Positions 55,916-64,000 of a DNA stretch of 64,000 nt are shown here, in pieces. Within the stretch, counting starts at the first letter, position 1, and each line of letters begins with the position of its first letter. Location of the stretch: assembly GCA_045633925.1 (NCBI GenBank), contig JAZQZG010000022.1, positions 12,171 to 76,170 on the forward strand, given 5' to 3'. The position numbers and the translations under genes are program-made. The notes under the pieces were generated by a model. That model had not been told where the DNA came from. It ran no database searches and saw only the letters and a list, made by a program, of their open reading frames with translations. This stretch comes from Eubacteriales bacterium (GTDB lineage: Bacteria > Bacillota > Clostridia > Oscillospirales > CAG-272).

Positions 55916-56191
55916 TTAAATTGGCATTTGCAAAAGATAAGCTAAAATAAATCCGATAAAAATGCCTAAAAGAAGAAATAAAAACGAAATAAGTGCGAAA
56001 AAATGCGTTTTTCTTTTCTTTTTTGGCTTTTTTACATCGTTTTGGCAAAGTATTCTGTTCGCTTCAAAGAGCATATCTTCTTTGGGACCTTTTTTGGATT
56101 GCGGAGATTTTAAAATGAAGATTGCCTCCTCGTAGAGCTTGTTGTCCTTTATTTTTACCGTTACGAATTCCTTGCAAATTCCCTTTAACAT
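55916..56191 (-). CDS. small tail-anchored membrane protein, unknown function
   Basis: 91 aa. Soluble N-terminal half, a Lys-rich stretch (KKPKKKRK), then one C-terminal TM helix. Divergent from abrB. Confidence 0.4.
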   Translation of the reverse strand: MLKGICKEFVTVKIKDNKLYEEAIFILKSPQSKKGPKEDMLFEANRILCQNDVKKPKKKRKTHFFALISFLFLLLGIFIGFILAYLLQMPI

Positions 56192-56329
56192 AGTATTAAA
56201 TCCTCTTTGATTTTATTTGTTGAATATATCTTTTGCGCAGAGCGGAGCAATAAATTCATAGAGCGCGTTTTTTGTATATGGAGTATCTTTGTACAAGCTG
56301 TAAAAATAAATGCAAAATGCAAAAAAATG

Positions 56330-56358
56330 TTGACAAATGTCATAATTTTAGATATAAT
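56330..56358 (+). promoter_or_regulatory. sigmaA-like promoter for abrB
   Basis: TTGACA (56330-56335), 17-nt spacer, TATAAT (56353-56358). Confidence 0.55.
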
Positions 56359-56424
56359 GTACTTGTATATCGAAAAGTACCTTGCGGTATTTTTGATAAA
56401 ATTTTCAGTCTAAGGAGAAAAATA

Positions 56425-56670
56425 ATGAAATCTACGGGTGTAGTACGTAAAGTTGATGAATTGGGAAGAATCGTGCTTCCTATTGAAATAAGAAAAATTC
56501 TTGATATAAAGCAAAAAGATGCTGTTGAAATATTTACCGATAACGATAAGATAATATTGCAGAAATACCAGCCTGCTTGTGTTTTCTGCAACAACATTGA
56601 GAATATAGTTTATTTTAACGGCAAGCGTGTATGCCAGGATTGCGTTGATAAGCTCAAAAATCAGTTCTGA
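56425..56670 (+). CDS. abrB: AbrB-family transition-state regulator (SpoVT/AbrB swapped-hairpin domain) with Cys4 C-terminal tail
   Basis: 81 aa from the ATG at 56425 (RBS AAGGAGAA). MKSTGVVRKVDELGRIVLPIEIRKILDI. C-terminal CVFC...CQDC. Confidence 0.85.
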   Translation: MKSTGVVRKVDELGRIVLPIEIRKILDIKQKDAVEIFTDNDKIILQKYQPACVFCNNIENIVYFNGKRVCQDCVDKLKNQF

Positions 56671-56682
56671 TTATTGAATAAT

Positions 56683-56716
56683 AAAATCCCGACCCTTTTG
56701 AGGGTCGGGATTTTTT
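56683..56716. terminator. bidirectional terminator
   Basis: AAAATCCCGACCC-TTTTG-AGGGTCGGGATTTTTT between abrB and ftsK. Confidence 0.8.
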
Positions 56717-56726
56717 GTTGTAAAAA

Positions 56727-59477
56727 TTATTCATCAGCCTGCTGATTCATATAATCGTTCATGGTTATAAGGATCTCGCGAGGCTTTGTGCCGTTTGCAG
56801 GGCTTACGTAACCCTTTTCTTCCATAAGGTCGATAAGCTTTGCGGCTCTTCCGTAACCAACGCCGAGACGTCTTTGGAGAAGGGACGTGGATATTTTGCC
56901 CGATTCGATGGCAATTCTTACTGCCTCGTCGAATTTGGGATCTCCGCTGCCCGAGCCGCCCTCGTCTGAATCGTCAGAGGATGACATATCGCCCTTCTTT
57001 GCGCCAACGTTTTTAGCGTTTGCTTCCATGCTGGAGATGAAGTCGGAGTTGTATTTTGCCGTTGAGTTGTGAGTCTTTACGAAGTTTACAATATTTTCTA
57101 CCTCGGAATCGCTGACAAATGCGCCCTGAACACGCATAGGCTTGCTTGAGCCTACAGGAGCAAAGAGCATATCACCTCTACCGATGAGCTTTTCGGCTCC
57201 TGCCATATCGAGAATCGTTCTCGAGTCGATCTGCGATGCAACGGTACAAGCGATACGGGAGGGAATATTTGCCTTGATAAGACCTGTGATTACGTCAACA
57301 GAGGGACGCTGAGTACCGATAATTATGTGGATTCCCGCAGCTCTTGCTTTCTGAGCAAGTCTTGCGATGCAGGATTCCACGTCCTTGCCGGCTGTCATCA
57401 TAAGGACGGCAAGCTCGTCTATGATAATTACTATGAGAGGCATTTTTTCCTTTGTGGGATCGCCCTCAATTGCCTGGTTGTAGCCCTCGATGTTACGAAC
57501 ACCTGCATCCTCTATGAGCTCGAAGCGTCTCTCCATCTCAACTACGGCAGAGGCAAGCGCGCCTGCCGCCTTCTTAGGATCGCTGACGATTGGGGCGTAG
57601 AGGTGAGGAATGTCCTTATACATAGCAAATTCAACCTTTTTGGGGTCGATGAGTATAAGCTTGACCTCCTCGGGACGAGCCTTGTAAAGAAGGCTTATTA
57701 TGATACAGTTGATGCATACCGATTTACCCATACCGGTAGCTCCCGCTATGAGAAGGTGGGGCATCTTTGCAATATCAAAGCAGATCGGATTTCCGCCGAT
57801 ATCCTTACCCAAGGATGCGGTAACACGGCTCTTTGAAGTGGTAAATTTCGAGCTTTCGATAAGGTCGCGAAGGTAAACGGTCTCGGGATTTCTGTTGGGA
57901 ACCTCAATACCTACAGCGGGCTTATTTGGGATAGGAGCCTCTATTCTGACACCCGATGTTGCAAGGTTGAGGGCTATATCGTCAACGAGATTTGCAATTG
58001 ATTTTACCTTCGTTCCTACCTCGGGCTTGAGCTCGTAACGAGTAACTGTAGGGCCTCTTGAATAGGTTATATCGCGGATCTGTACGTTAAAGCTCTTTAA
58101 GGTATCCTTGAGTATCTTTGCATTTTCCTGAAGCTCTGCTTGAACGTTGGGATCAGCTGCGTTTTTGTTTACCGAGAGCATATCGATAGGCGGGAATACG
58201 TAGGGAAGAACGATCTCCTCTTGTATTACCTCTTCAGCCTCCTCGGGCTCTATATCCTTCATATCGGCAACGAGCTCGTCTGCATCTATTGCGGAGAGCA
58301 CGAGGTCGTCCTCGGGCTCCTCCTCACCAATGCCGTCCAAAAGGTCGTCAACCGAGAGCTCCTCGTCAGAGTCCTCTCCGCCAAAGTCCATTCCGTCATC
58401 GGGATTTACGGGCTCTTGCATAACAGGCGCTGCTATGATCTCATCTTCATCCTCGTCGGAAAGTCCGATTCCGTCAAGGAGAATATCCACGTCATCTTGC
58501 TCGGTCTCGCCGCCGAATTCTTCTACTTCGACAGGTTCCTCCTTCTTTGCTTTTTTGGGAGGCGCAGGGCGTTCAATTTCTTCTTCCTCGGCTGTGGCGT
58601 CCGCTTCGTCTTCGTCACCGAAATCGTAGGTTCGAGCGTACATTTTAGCCTCTCTGCGTTGCTCGGCAAGATGCTCGCGGTGGCGCTTTTTCTTCATTTT
58701 TTCAAGCTCTTTTGCGCGGAGCTTTTCCATTCGACGGGCATCCTCTTCCTCGTCAAATTCTTCCGCTTCTGCCGCAAGCTCTCTGCGGTAGAGTATTTTG
58801 TTGTATATGTATCTTGGCGTGAGTCCTATTACGAAAAGAAGGACGAACGCAAGGAGTATAAAGAGCAGAATGAGAGAGAGCGCAGGGTGGAGGAAGGATG
58901 CGATAAATGCGATAGATCCGCCTACGATACCACCCGATATGAAGCTGTTATCCTCTGCGGCGTTTGTCCAGAGGAAGTCAAAATCGTATGAATAATCGCC
59001 GTCCCAGCCTTGCGTACCTGCGATCTCAAAGAGACCGAGTATGGTGGCAAAAAGGATCAACGAGATTATCGAGAGCGTGGTCTTGTTACGTGCTTTTTTT
59101 CTTACGTGAGCAATCTCTCCGTCACCGCCGTCACTGTCTTTGCGTGAGGCGCCACGCGTTTTGAATGCGACTACGCACCAAACGATGCCGAGCGAGAACA
59201 TAAGCAACGGAAGGAAGTATGCAGCTCCTCCGAAAACTCCGCAGAAGAATTGCTGAACGTAGCGGAGAACGATGACGTCCTTGTTGAGTATGTTTATGAA
59301 CACAAAGCAGAGCGCTAAGAAGAGCGCCAAAAAGATAAATATGTACGGCAGAGCTTTTTTGAAGCCGGAGCTCTTTCCGATCTTTTTGGTCTTTTTTGCT
59401 ACGCTAGCTGCTTTTTTAGTAGTTCGCGCCGCTTTTTTTACGTCTTTTAATTTATTGTTTTCTTTTTTGCTTGCCAT
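56727..59477 (-). CDS. ftsK: DNA translocase FtsK/SpoIIIE
   Basis: 916 aa. N-terminal TM segments, a long acidic linker, the motor domain (GATGMGKS Walker A, IIDELA Walker B) and a C-terminal gamma winged-helix (LLQRRLGVGYGRAAKLID). Confidence 0.9.
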   Translation of the reverse strand: MASKKENNKLKDVKKAARTTKKAASVAKKTKKIGKSSGFKKALPYIFIFLALFLALCFVFINILNKDVIVLRYVQQFFCGVFGGAAYFLPLLMFSLGIVWCVVAFKTRGASRKDSDGGDGEIAHVRKKARNKTTLSIISLILFATILGLFEIAGTQGWDGDYSYDFDFLWTNAAEDNSFISGGIVGGSIAFIASFLHPALSLILLFILLAFVLLFVIGLTPRYIYNKILYRRELAAEAEEFDEEEDARRMEKLRAKELEKMKKKRHREHLAEQRREAKMYARTYDFGDEDEADATAEEEEIERPAPPKKAKKEEPVEVEEFGGETEQDDVDILLDGIGLSDEDEDEIIAAPVMQEPVNPDDGMDFGGEDSDEELSVDDLLDGIGEEEPEDDLVLSAIDADELVADMKDIEPEEAEEVIQEEIVLPYVFPPIDMLSVNKNAADPNVQAELQENAKILKDTLKSFNVQIRDITYSRGPTVTRYELKPEVGTKVKSIANLVDDIALNLATSGVRIEAPIPNKPAVGIEVPNRNPETVYLRDLIESSKFTTSKSRVTASLGKDIGGNPICFDIAKMPHLLIAGATGMGKSVCINCIIISLLYKARPEEVKLILIDPKKVEFAMYKDIPHLYAPIVSDPKKAAGALASAVVEMERRFELIEDAGVRNIEGYNQAIEGDPTKEKMPLIVIIIDELAVLMMTAGKDVESCIARLAQKARAAGIHIIIGTQRPSVDVITGLIKANIPSRIACTVASQIDSRTILDMAGAEKLIGRGDMLFAPVGSSKPMRVQGAFVSDSEVENIVNFVKTHNSTAKYNSDFISSMEANAKNVGAKKGDMSSSDDSDEGGSGSGDPKFDEAVRIAIESGKISTSLLQRRLGVGYGRAAKLIDLMEEKGYVSPANGTKPREILITMNDYMNQQADE

Positions 59478-59706
59478 TAGTTAAAACCTCTTCATCTATA
59501 ACTGAAAATTCGAAAATATACTTAAGATAATAAAATATACTATGATTATAACACAAAAAGCTCTTATAATCAAGCGTATGAACCGATTTTTTGAACAAAT
59601 TTTGCGCAAAAAAATTGATACGACGAAATTTGACAGTTATTTCATTGTTTTGGGGGTAAAATTATGACGGAGGCATATTCTCCGTAATGATTTTAAGAAA
59701 AAGGAT

Positions 59707-61923
59707 GTGGTATCTTTGAGAAGTAGGGTCGAGGAAAAAACTGTTGGAGCAAATGCCATTACGAATGAAGGTGCGGGGAGAGGGGCGAAGGAAATTATAA
59801 GGTATCTTACTCCGCGCTTGATTTTGCTGTTTTGCGGATATTTTGCGGGGCGTGCCGCGCTTCCGTTTGGTGCGAGACCTTTTGGTGTGGCGCTTCTTGC
59901 GGCAACGTCGGGTGGCGCTGCGCTCTTTGCTTATATTGGACTTGCGCTGTCGGCTTTTGTGGAGATGGAGCTCTCCGAGTCGGTGGTATATTTTGGCATC
60001 TATACGGCGCTTCTGCTTTTCAGAGCTCTTGTGAATTTTATAAAAAATCCGAGAGGAGAGCGATTCAGCATAGAGTGGCTGATGAAAAGAGCTTTTTCCG
60101 GAAGAGTCGGTAGCAGAGCGCTTATATCGGCATCGTTTGCGATATTGCTCGGATCAATTCTACTTTTTGCAAGGGGAATGCTCTATTACGATCTTTTTGC
60201 GCTCTTGGTGGCGGCGGCAATTTCTCCTATATTGACTGCACTTGCGTTTGGGTATTTTGAACGTCGTGTCGGTCTATGGCGAGATGCGGGATTCTTTGCT
60301 ATTGCTTGCGTTGCGGTGTACGGCGCGAGAGGGGCGACGATATACGGAGTGTCGATTGCGGTATTTGCCTCGATAATAGCCATATTTTATTTGTCTTATC
60401 GTCGTGGTGCAGGTTTTGGACTTGTGCTTGGAGTGGCACTTGGCGTGTGTTATTCGTTTATGTTGGCTCCGGTGTTTGTTATAGCCGCAATATGCGCGGC
60501 TGTGTTTATAAAATTTTCACCTGCTCTCGCTTGCTTTTGCACGTTTGTCGCCTCAAGTGCGTGGGCTTTTTACGTTGAAGGGCTTTCGGCACTTCTCGGC
60601 GTTTTTGGAGGAGTTCTTGCGGCGTGTCTTACCTATACCGTTGTGCACAAGATAATTTTTGTTGATCTTGCCGTTGGCGGTGAGTTGGCAAAAGAGGAAA
60701 AGAACGGAGAGAAAAAAGAAAAAAGCTCGCAGATGAGCGAGGCGGTTGTTTGTCGGGTTCTGTCCGAGAGTGATCTTGATGGAATAAAGCTCTGTGAGAT
60801 GAATCTGCGAATGAGCGCTATAAGTAATGCGCTAAAAAAGATCTCGGCTGTTTCGTCGATCTCTTATGGGGATGGAGAGGATTCTTTTGATAAAAGAAAC
60901 GGTCTGGGATATTGTGGCGAAAAATACAATTTTAACAATTTTGCAAATGATGACTCCCCCGATCTTGATGCACTCTCCGGACTTCTTACACGAACAATGG
61001 AAAAACGGGAGGATGATTATAAAATAGATGTTTCTCTTTCTGAAGAGCTTTGCTTCGTTCTTTCTGAACTGAATTTGCAAATTTTTGGAGTCGCTGTTTT
61101 TGGTGTGAGGAAAAAGACAATTTATATAAAAGGAAAAAGAAGAGCTCTTTTTGAGGAGCATTCTCAGAATATCATAAGCGCAATAACGCCTATATTGCCT
61201 TTTTCTATGGATGCTGAGCGCTATGAAGTGAGGCGTGACGGAGAGAACAACAGCGGAGCGTTTATTATTTCTGAAAAGGAGAAATTGTCGGTATCGGTTG
61301 TGAGACGCAGTGTGGTTGCCGATAATGAAACGGTTTGCGGAGATAGCGCTTCTGCGTTTAAAAATAAGGACGGACGCTTTTTTGCAATGATAAGCGACGG
61401 AATGGGCTCGGGCGTATCTGCATCTGCTGTTGCTCGAACCTGCACCGGGTTCGTATCAAATATGCTGAGTACGGGAGGTGCGAGTGTTGAACTTATTTCC
61501 GCGCTCAACGGAATTATTTGCGGAAGGCGGATCGGTGGAGAGGCTGAGCGTTCGGCAACGCTTGACCTTCTTGATCTGGATCTTATGAACGGACGGGCGC
61601 AGATATACAAATGCGGAGCGGCTCCAAGTTATATATATAGGCGAGGAAAGCTTTTTAAGGTGCGCTCGCAGACTATGCCGCTTGGCATATTGCGAGAGGT
61701 TGACGTTAAATGCTTTTCTCTTGATCTTTGCCGAGATGACGTTGTTGTTATGGTAAGTGACGGAGTTACCGGAGAGGCAGGGGAATGCCCTTGGCTCTTT
61801 GATCTTTTGACAAAAAATTTGCCCTGCCGAACCTTGGAGAGTACGGCAGAGCTTATAGTTAAATATTCGGTTGCGAAGGGCTCGGGCGATGACGTTTCCG
61901 TTCTCCTCATAAAAGTGAGGTGA
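59707..61923 (+). CDS. spoIIE: stage II sporulation protein E (PP2C-type phosphatase, polytopic N-terminus)
   Basis: About 10 TM segments, then a regulatory region and a PP2C domain (FAMISDGMGSG...SGDDVSVLLIKV). There is no in-frame ATG near the 5' end. The start is GTG at 59707 or, with better RBS spacing, TTG at 59716. Confidence 0.8.
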   Translation: MVSLRSRVEEKTVGANAITNEGAGRGAKEIIRYLTPRLILLFCGYFAGRAALPFGARPFGVALLAATSGGAALFAYIGLALSAFVEMELSESVVYFGIYTALLLFRALVNFIKNPRGERFSIEWLMKRAFSGRVGSRALISASFAILLGSILLFARGMLYYDLFALLVAAAISPILTALAFGYFERRVGLWRDAGFFAIACVAVYGARGATIYGVSIAVFASIIAIFYLSYRRGAGFGLVLGVALGVCYSFMLAPVFVIAAICAAVFIKFSPALACFCTFVASSAWAFYVEGLSALLGVFGGVLAACLTYTVVHKIIFVDLAVGGELAKEEKNGEKKEKSSQMSEAVVCRVLSESDLDGIKLCEMNLRMSAISNALKKISAVSSISYGDGEDSFDKRNGLGYCGEKYNFNNFANDDSPDLDALSGLLTRTMEKREDDYKIDVSLSEELCFVLSELNLQIFGVAVFGVRKKTIYIKGKRRALFEEHSQNIISAITPILPFSMDAERYEVRRDGENNSGAFIISEKEKLSVSVVRRSVVADNETVCGDSASAFKNKDGRFFAMISDGMGSGVSASAVARTCTGFVSNMLSTGGASVELISALNGIICGRRIGGEAERSATLDLLDLDLMNGRAQIYKCGAAPSYIYRRGKLFKVRSQTMPLGILREVDVKCFSLDLCRDDVVVMVSDGVTGEAGECPWLFDLLTKNLPCRTLESTAELIVKYSVAKGSGDDVSVLLIKVR

Positions 61924-63627
61924 TTATCTGTCGAGCTCAACGTATTCTCTCAAAACGTATTCGGGGAGAGTGCTTCGCATTATCTTTTTGTAGGGGGATT
62001 TCGGTATTTCTTCGTCAAGCAGAACAAGTCTCGTGATCTTCTTGTGCGCAGGAAGATGTGCGTTTATCTCGGATATTACTGCGCTGAGTTTTTCTCTTAC
62101 CATGGGTCTTGAGGAGTATACGCCCAAAAGCTCGTGCGAGTATATGTAATCGGGGAATACTACGGCACATACCTCGGGGGCGCGTCTTTGCTCGGTTCTG
62201 AGTCCTATTACGGCGCATTCCTTAACAAAGGGGCTTCTGCTGATGAGAAATTCAAGCTCCTCGGGGAATACGGCTTTTCCACTTGAGGTAATAATTGCGT
62301 TTTTCTTTCTGCCGAGAACAGTGAGATTTCCGTCTTCATCAATTGAACCTATGTCTCCTGTGTGGATCCAACCGTTTTTCTTGATTTCTCCGCTCAACTC
62401 CTCGTGCTTGTAATAGCCAAGCATTACGTTGTCTCCTCGGTAGCATATCTCGCCTGCTCCTCGTGAATCGGGATTCTCTATTCTGATCTCACCCGAGACT
62501 AAGACCTTTCCGTCGGAGAGGTCTTTTTGGTCTTTGTAGGAGCTAACTGTGATGAGAGACGTGCTCTCTGCAAGTCCGTAGGAGCGGATTATGGTGAAAC
62601 CGAATTCTCTGAGGCCGCTTATTGCTTGAGGATCAATTGGGCCGCCGCTTACCATAAAGTAATCAAGCTCGCCGCCAAAGGAATTGTGGAGCTCGGCAAA
62701 CAGCTTTTTCTTGGCTTTCTTTTTGAGAGCGGGGACTTTTATTGCATTCGAGGTCTTAATTAGCTTTTGAACCTTCTCCTCGATGCCGTTTTTCTTGATG
62801 TTTAAAGATATTTTTTTGTAGATCTTTTCGATAAGCTGCGGGTTGCAAAGGATGCTCGTAGGGGTAGTTTCTTTTGCGTTTCGCATGATTGAGCCTGCAT
62901 CTTCTGCGAAGGCTATGGACCCGCCTCTGCTTAAGGGGAGGAGAAGCCCTGCTATCGATTCATATATGTAGTGAAGGGGAAGGATTGCAAGAGTTGTGCC
63001 GACCGCGCTATCTGCAAGGGCGTGTCTGAGACCGTCAAGAGCAGAGCAGATATTTCTCTGCGAGAGCATAACTCCCTTTGTGGTGCCTGTTGTTCCGGAG
63101 GTGAATGCAAGAGCTGCGAGCTCGTCTATGTCTATCGATTGCATATCGGGGGCGTGGAGCTCCTTGTCGGAGAATGACATTGCCTGCTCACAAAGCTCGA
63201 AAAGTTCGTCAAAGCTGATCTTTTGAAGCTTTTTGGGGAGAGCTTCCGCTTTTTCTTCGTATTTTTTTGAATAGATGACCGCGGCGGCACTTGAAACCTT
63301 TGCGATGTCGCAAAGATCTTCCTTTGGCGTCTCCTTGTCTACGGGAATTATTACGCCAAGACCGCAAAGAGCGGTGAGGTAGGTGAGGCACCAAAAGTAG
63401 GAGTTCTCACCGATGAGGATTATTTTTTTGCCGCAGAGTCCTCTATGCGTGAGTGATGCTCCGAGCGAGCGTACGTCGGAACGAAGCCTTGCATAGGTTA
63501 TCGGGCGGTATTTTGATCCTTGCTTGTAAAAGAAAGCCGGTTTTGATGCGTTTTCCCAACATACTCTGTCGAGCATTTCTCTTACGTTATGATATTTCTT
63601 GTGTGAAATAGGTTGATTCTTTTTCAT
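61924..63627 (-). CDS. AMP-dependent long-chain-fatty-acid--CoA ligase-like enzyme
   Basis: 567 aa. AMP-binding motif FTSGTTGTTKGV, plus GDIGSIDEDGNL and the C-terminal K of the ANL superfamily. Confidence 0.8.
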   Translation of the reverse strand: MKKNQPISHKKYHNVREMLDRVCWENASKPAFFYKQGSKYRPITYARLRSDVRSLGASLTHRGLCGKKIILIGENSYFWCLTYLTALCGLGVIIPVDKETPKEDLCDIAKVSSAAAVIYSKKYEEKAEALPKKLQKISFDELFELCEQAMSFSDKELHAPDMQSIDIDELAALAFTSGTTGTTKGVMLSQRNICSALDGLRHALADSAVGTTLAILPLHYIYESIAGLLLPLSRGGSIAFAEDAGSIMRNAKETTPTSILCNPQLIEKIYKKISLNIKKNGIEEKVQKLIKTSNAIKVPALKKKAKKKLFAELHNSFGGELDYFMVSGGPIDPQAISGLREFGFTIIRSYGLAESTSLITVSSYKDQKDLSDGKVLVSGEIRIENPDSRGAGEICYRGDNVMLGYYKHEELSGEIKKNGWIHTGDIGSIDEDGNLTVLGRKKNAIITSSGKAVFPEELEFLISRSPFVKECAVIGLRTEQRRAPEVCAVVFPDYIYSHELLGVYSSRPMVREKLSAVISEINAHLPAHKKITRLVLLDEEIPKSPYKKIMRSTLPEYVLREYVELDR

Positions 63628-64000
63628 GATTTATGCATTCTCCTTGCTCGAGCTTTAGGCTTTTGCGTTCCTGTGTTACTCTTGCTATATTATTATAACA
63701 CAAAAATTATGAATTGTGTGTAAATTTTTGAAAAATGTTGACAACTCAACCGGAAAATATGGCAAAAAAGCTCATAAAATGCCAAAAATCGTTGACAACT
63801 CAACGCAGATAAGCGAATTTGTGGGATTTTTGCGCAACTTGGAAAAATTTTCAAAAATAAGCCGCCTTTTCTTTGAAAATTTTTGTTAGAAATGATTTGC
63901 AGTGAAACAAAAAGAGGATTTTGCGGTGGGGTAAGCGTCGATTTTTTGCCGAATTTTTAGAATAATCACCAAAAAATAAAAAGTTTGTTAAAAAAATACC

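Noticed and set aside
58140-58991. 283-aa plus-strand ORF opposite ftsK
   Set aside because: It is an antisense shadow across the acidic linker and TM region of ftsK, with no motifs.
1-64000. Mobile elements, tRNA/rRNA genes, CRISPR arrays and recognisable defence systems
   Set aside because: I saw no transposase, integrase, recombinase, phage structural gene, cas gene or restriction-modification signature in any frame. No cloverleaf-like or rRNA-like conserved segments were noticed by eye. A tRNA or small-RNA scan would be needed to be certain.

Overview
The window looks like a chromosomal segment of a spore-forming Firmicute (Clostridia-like). This rests on sigmaA-type TTGACA/TATAAT promoters, AGGAGG ribosome-binding sites, a T-box leader, and the presence of spoIIE, ftsK/spoIIIE, abrB, mecA and clpC. 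I support about 45 protein-coding genes. I found no rRNA, tRNA, CRISPR array, transposase, integrase or phage genes.

Housekeeping content:
- Translation and RNA: an EF-G2-like GTPase, rplJ-rplL, lysS, RNase J.
- DNA: recG, an XPD/DinG-like helicase, ftsK.
- Proteolysis and regulation: clpC, mecA, tepA, abrB, spoIIE.
- Metabolism: T-box-controlled trpB2, an aminotransferase, a TIGR01212-type radical SAM protein, namZ, an acyl-CoA ligase.

Accessory content is dominated by secreted proteins and lipoproteins. These include a 1540-aa surface protein, a heparinase II/III-like protein, a lipase with a roughly 160-aa Pro-Glu repeat, YD-repeat and LRR lipoproteins, and three tandem PrsA/SurA-like paralogs.

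Most interesting observations:
1. A compact pduL / NifU-like / GGGtGRT operon at 32.2-34.7 kb whose last two products have no known function.
2. A 109-nt, about 95% identical relic of the GGGtGRT gene sitting 4.2 kb downstream at 38.4 kb.
3. A mecA...clpC cluster interrupted by three peptidoglycan-binding or related proteins that have no export signal.
4. An unassigned domain of about 230 aa present three times in two secreted proteins, and a Cys-containing C-terminal anchor-like signal on the larger one.
5. A paralog array with long near-identical tracts and a 22-nt relic of a lost Cys-rich gene.
6. REP-like palindromic elements, nested at 4.9-5.4 kb and dispersed at 39.5 kb.

All functional calls come from reading the translations for motifs. 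No database search was run.
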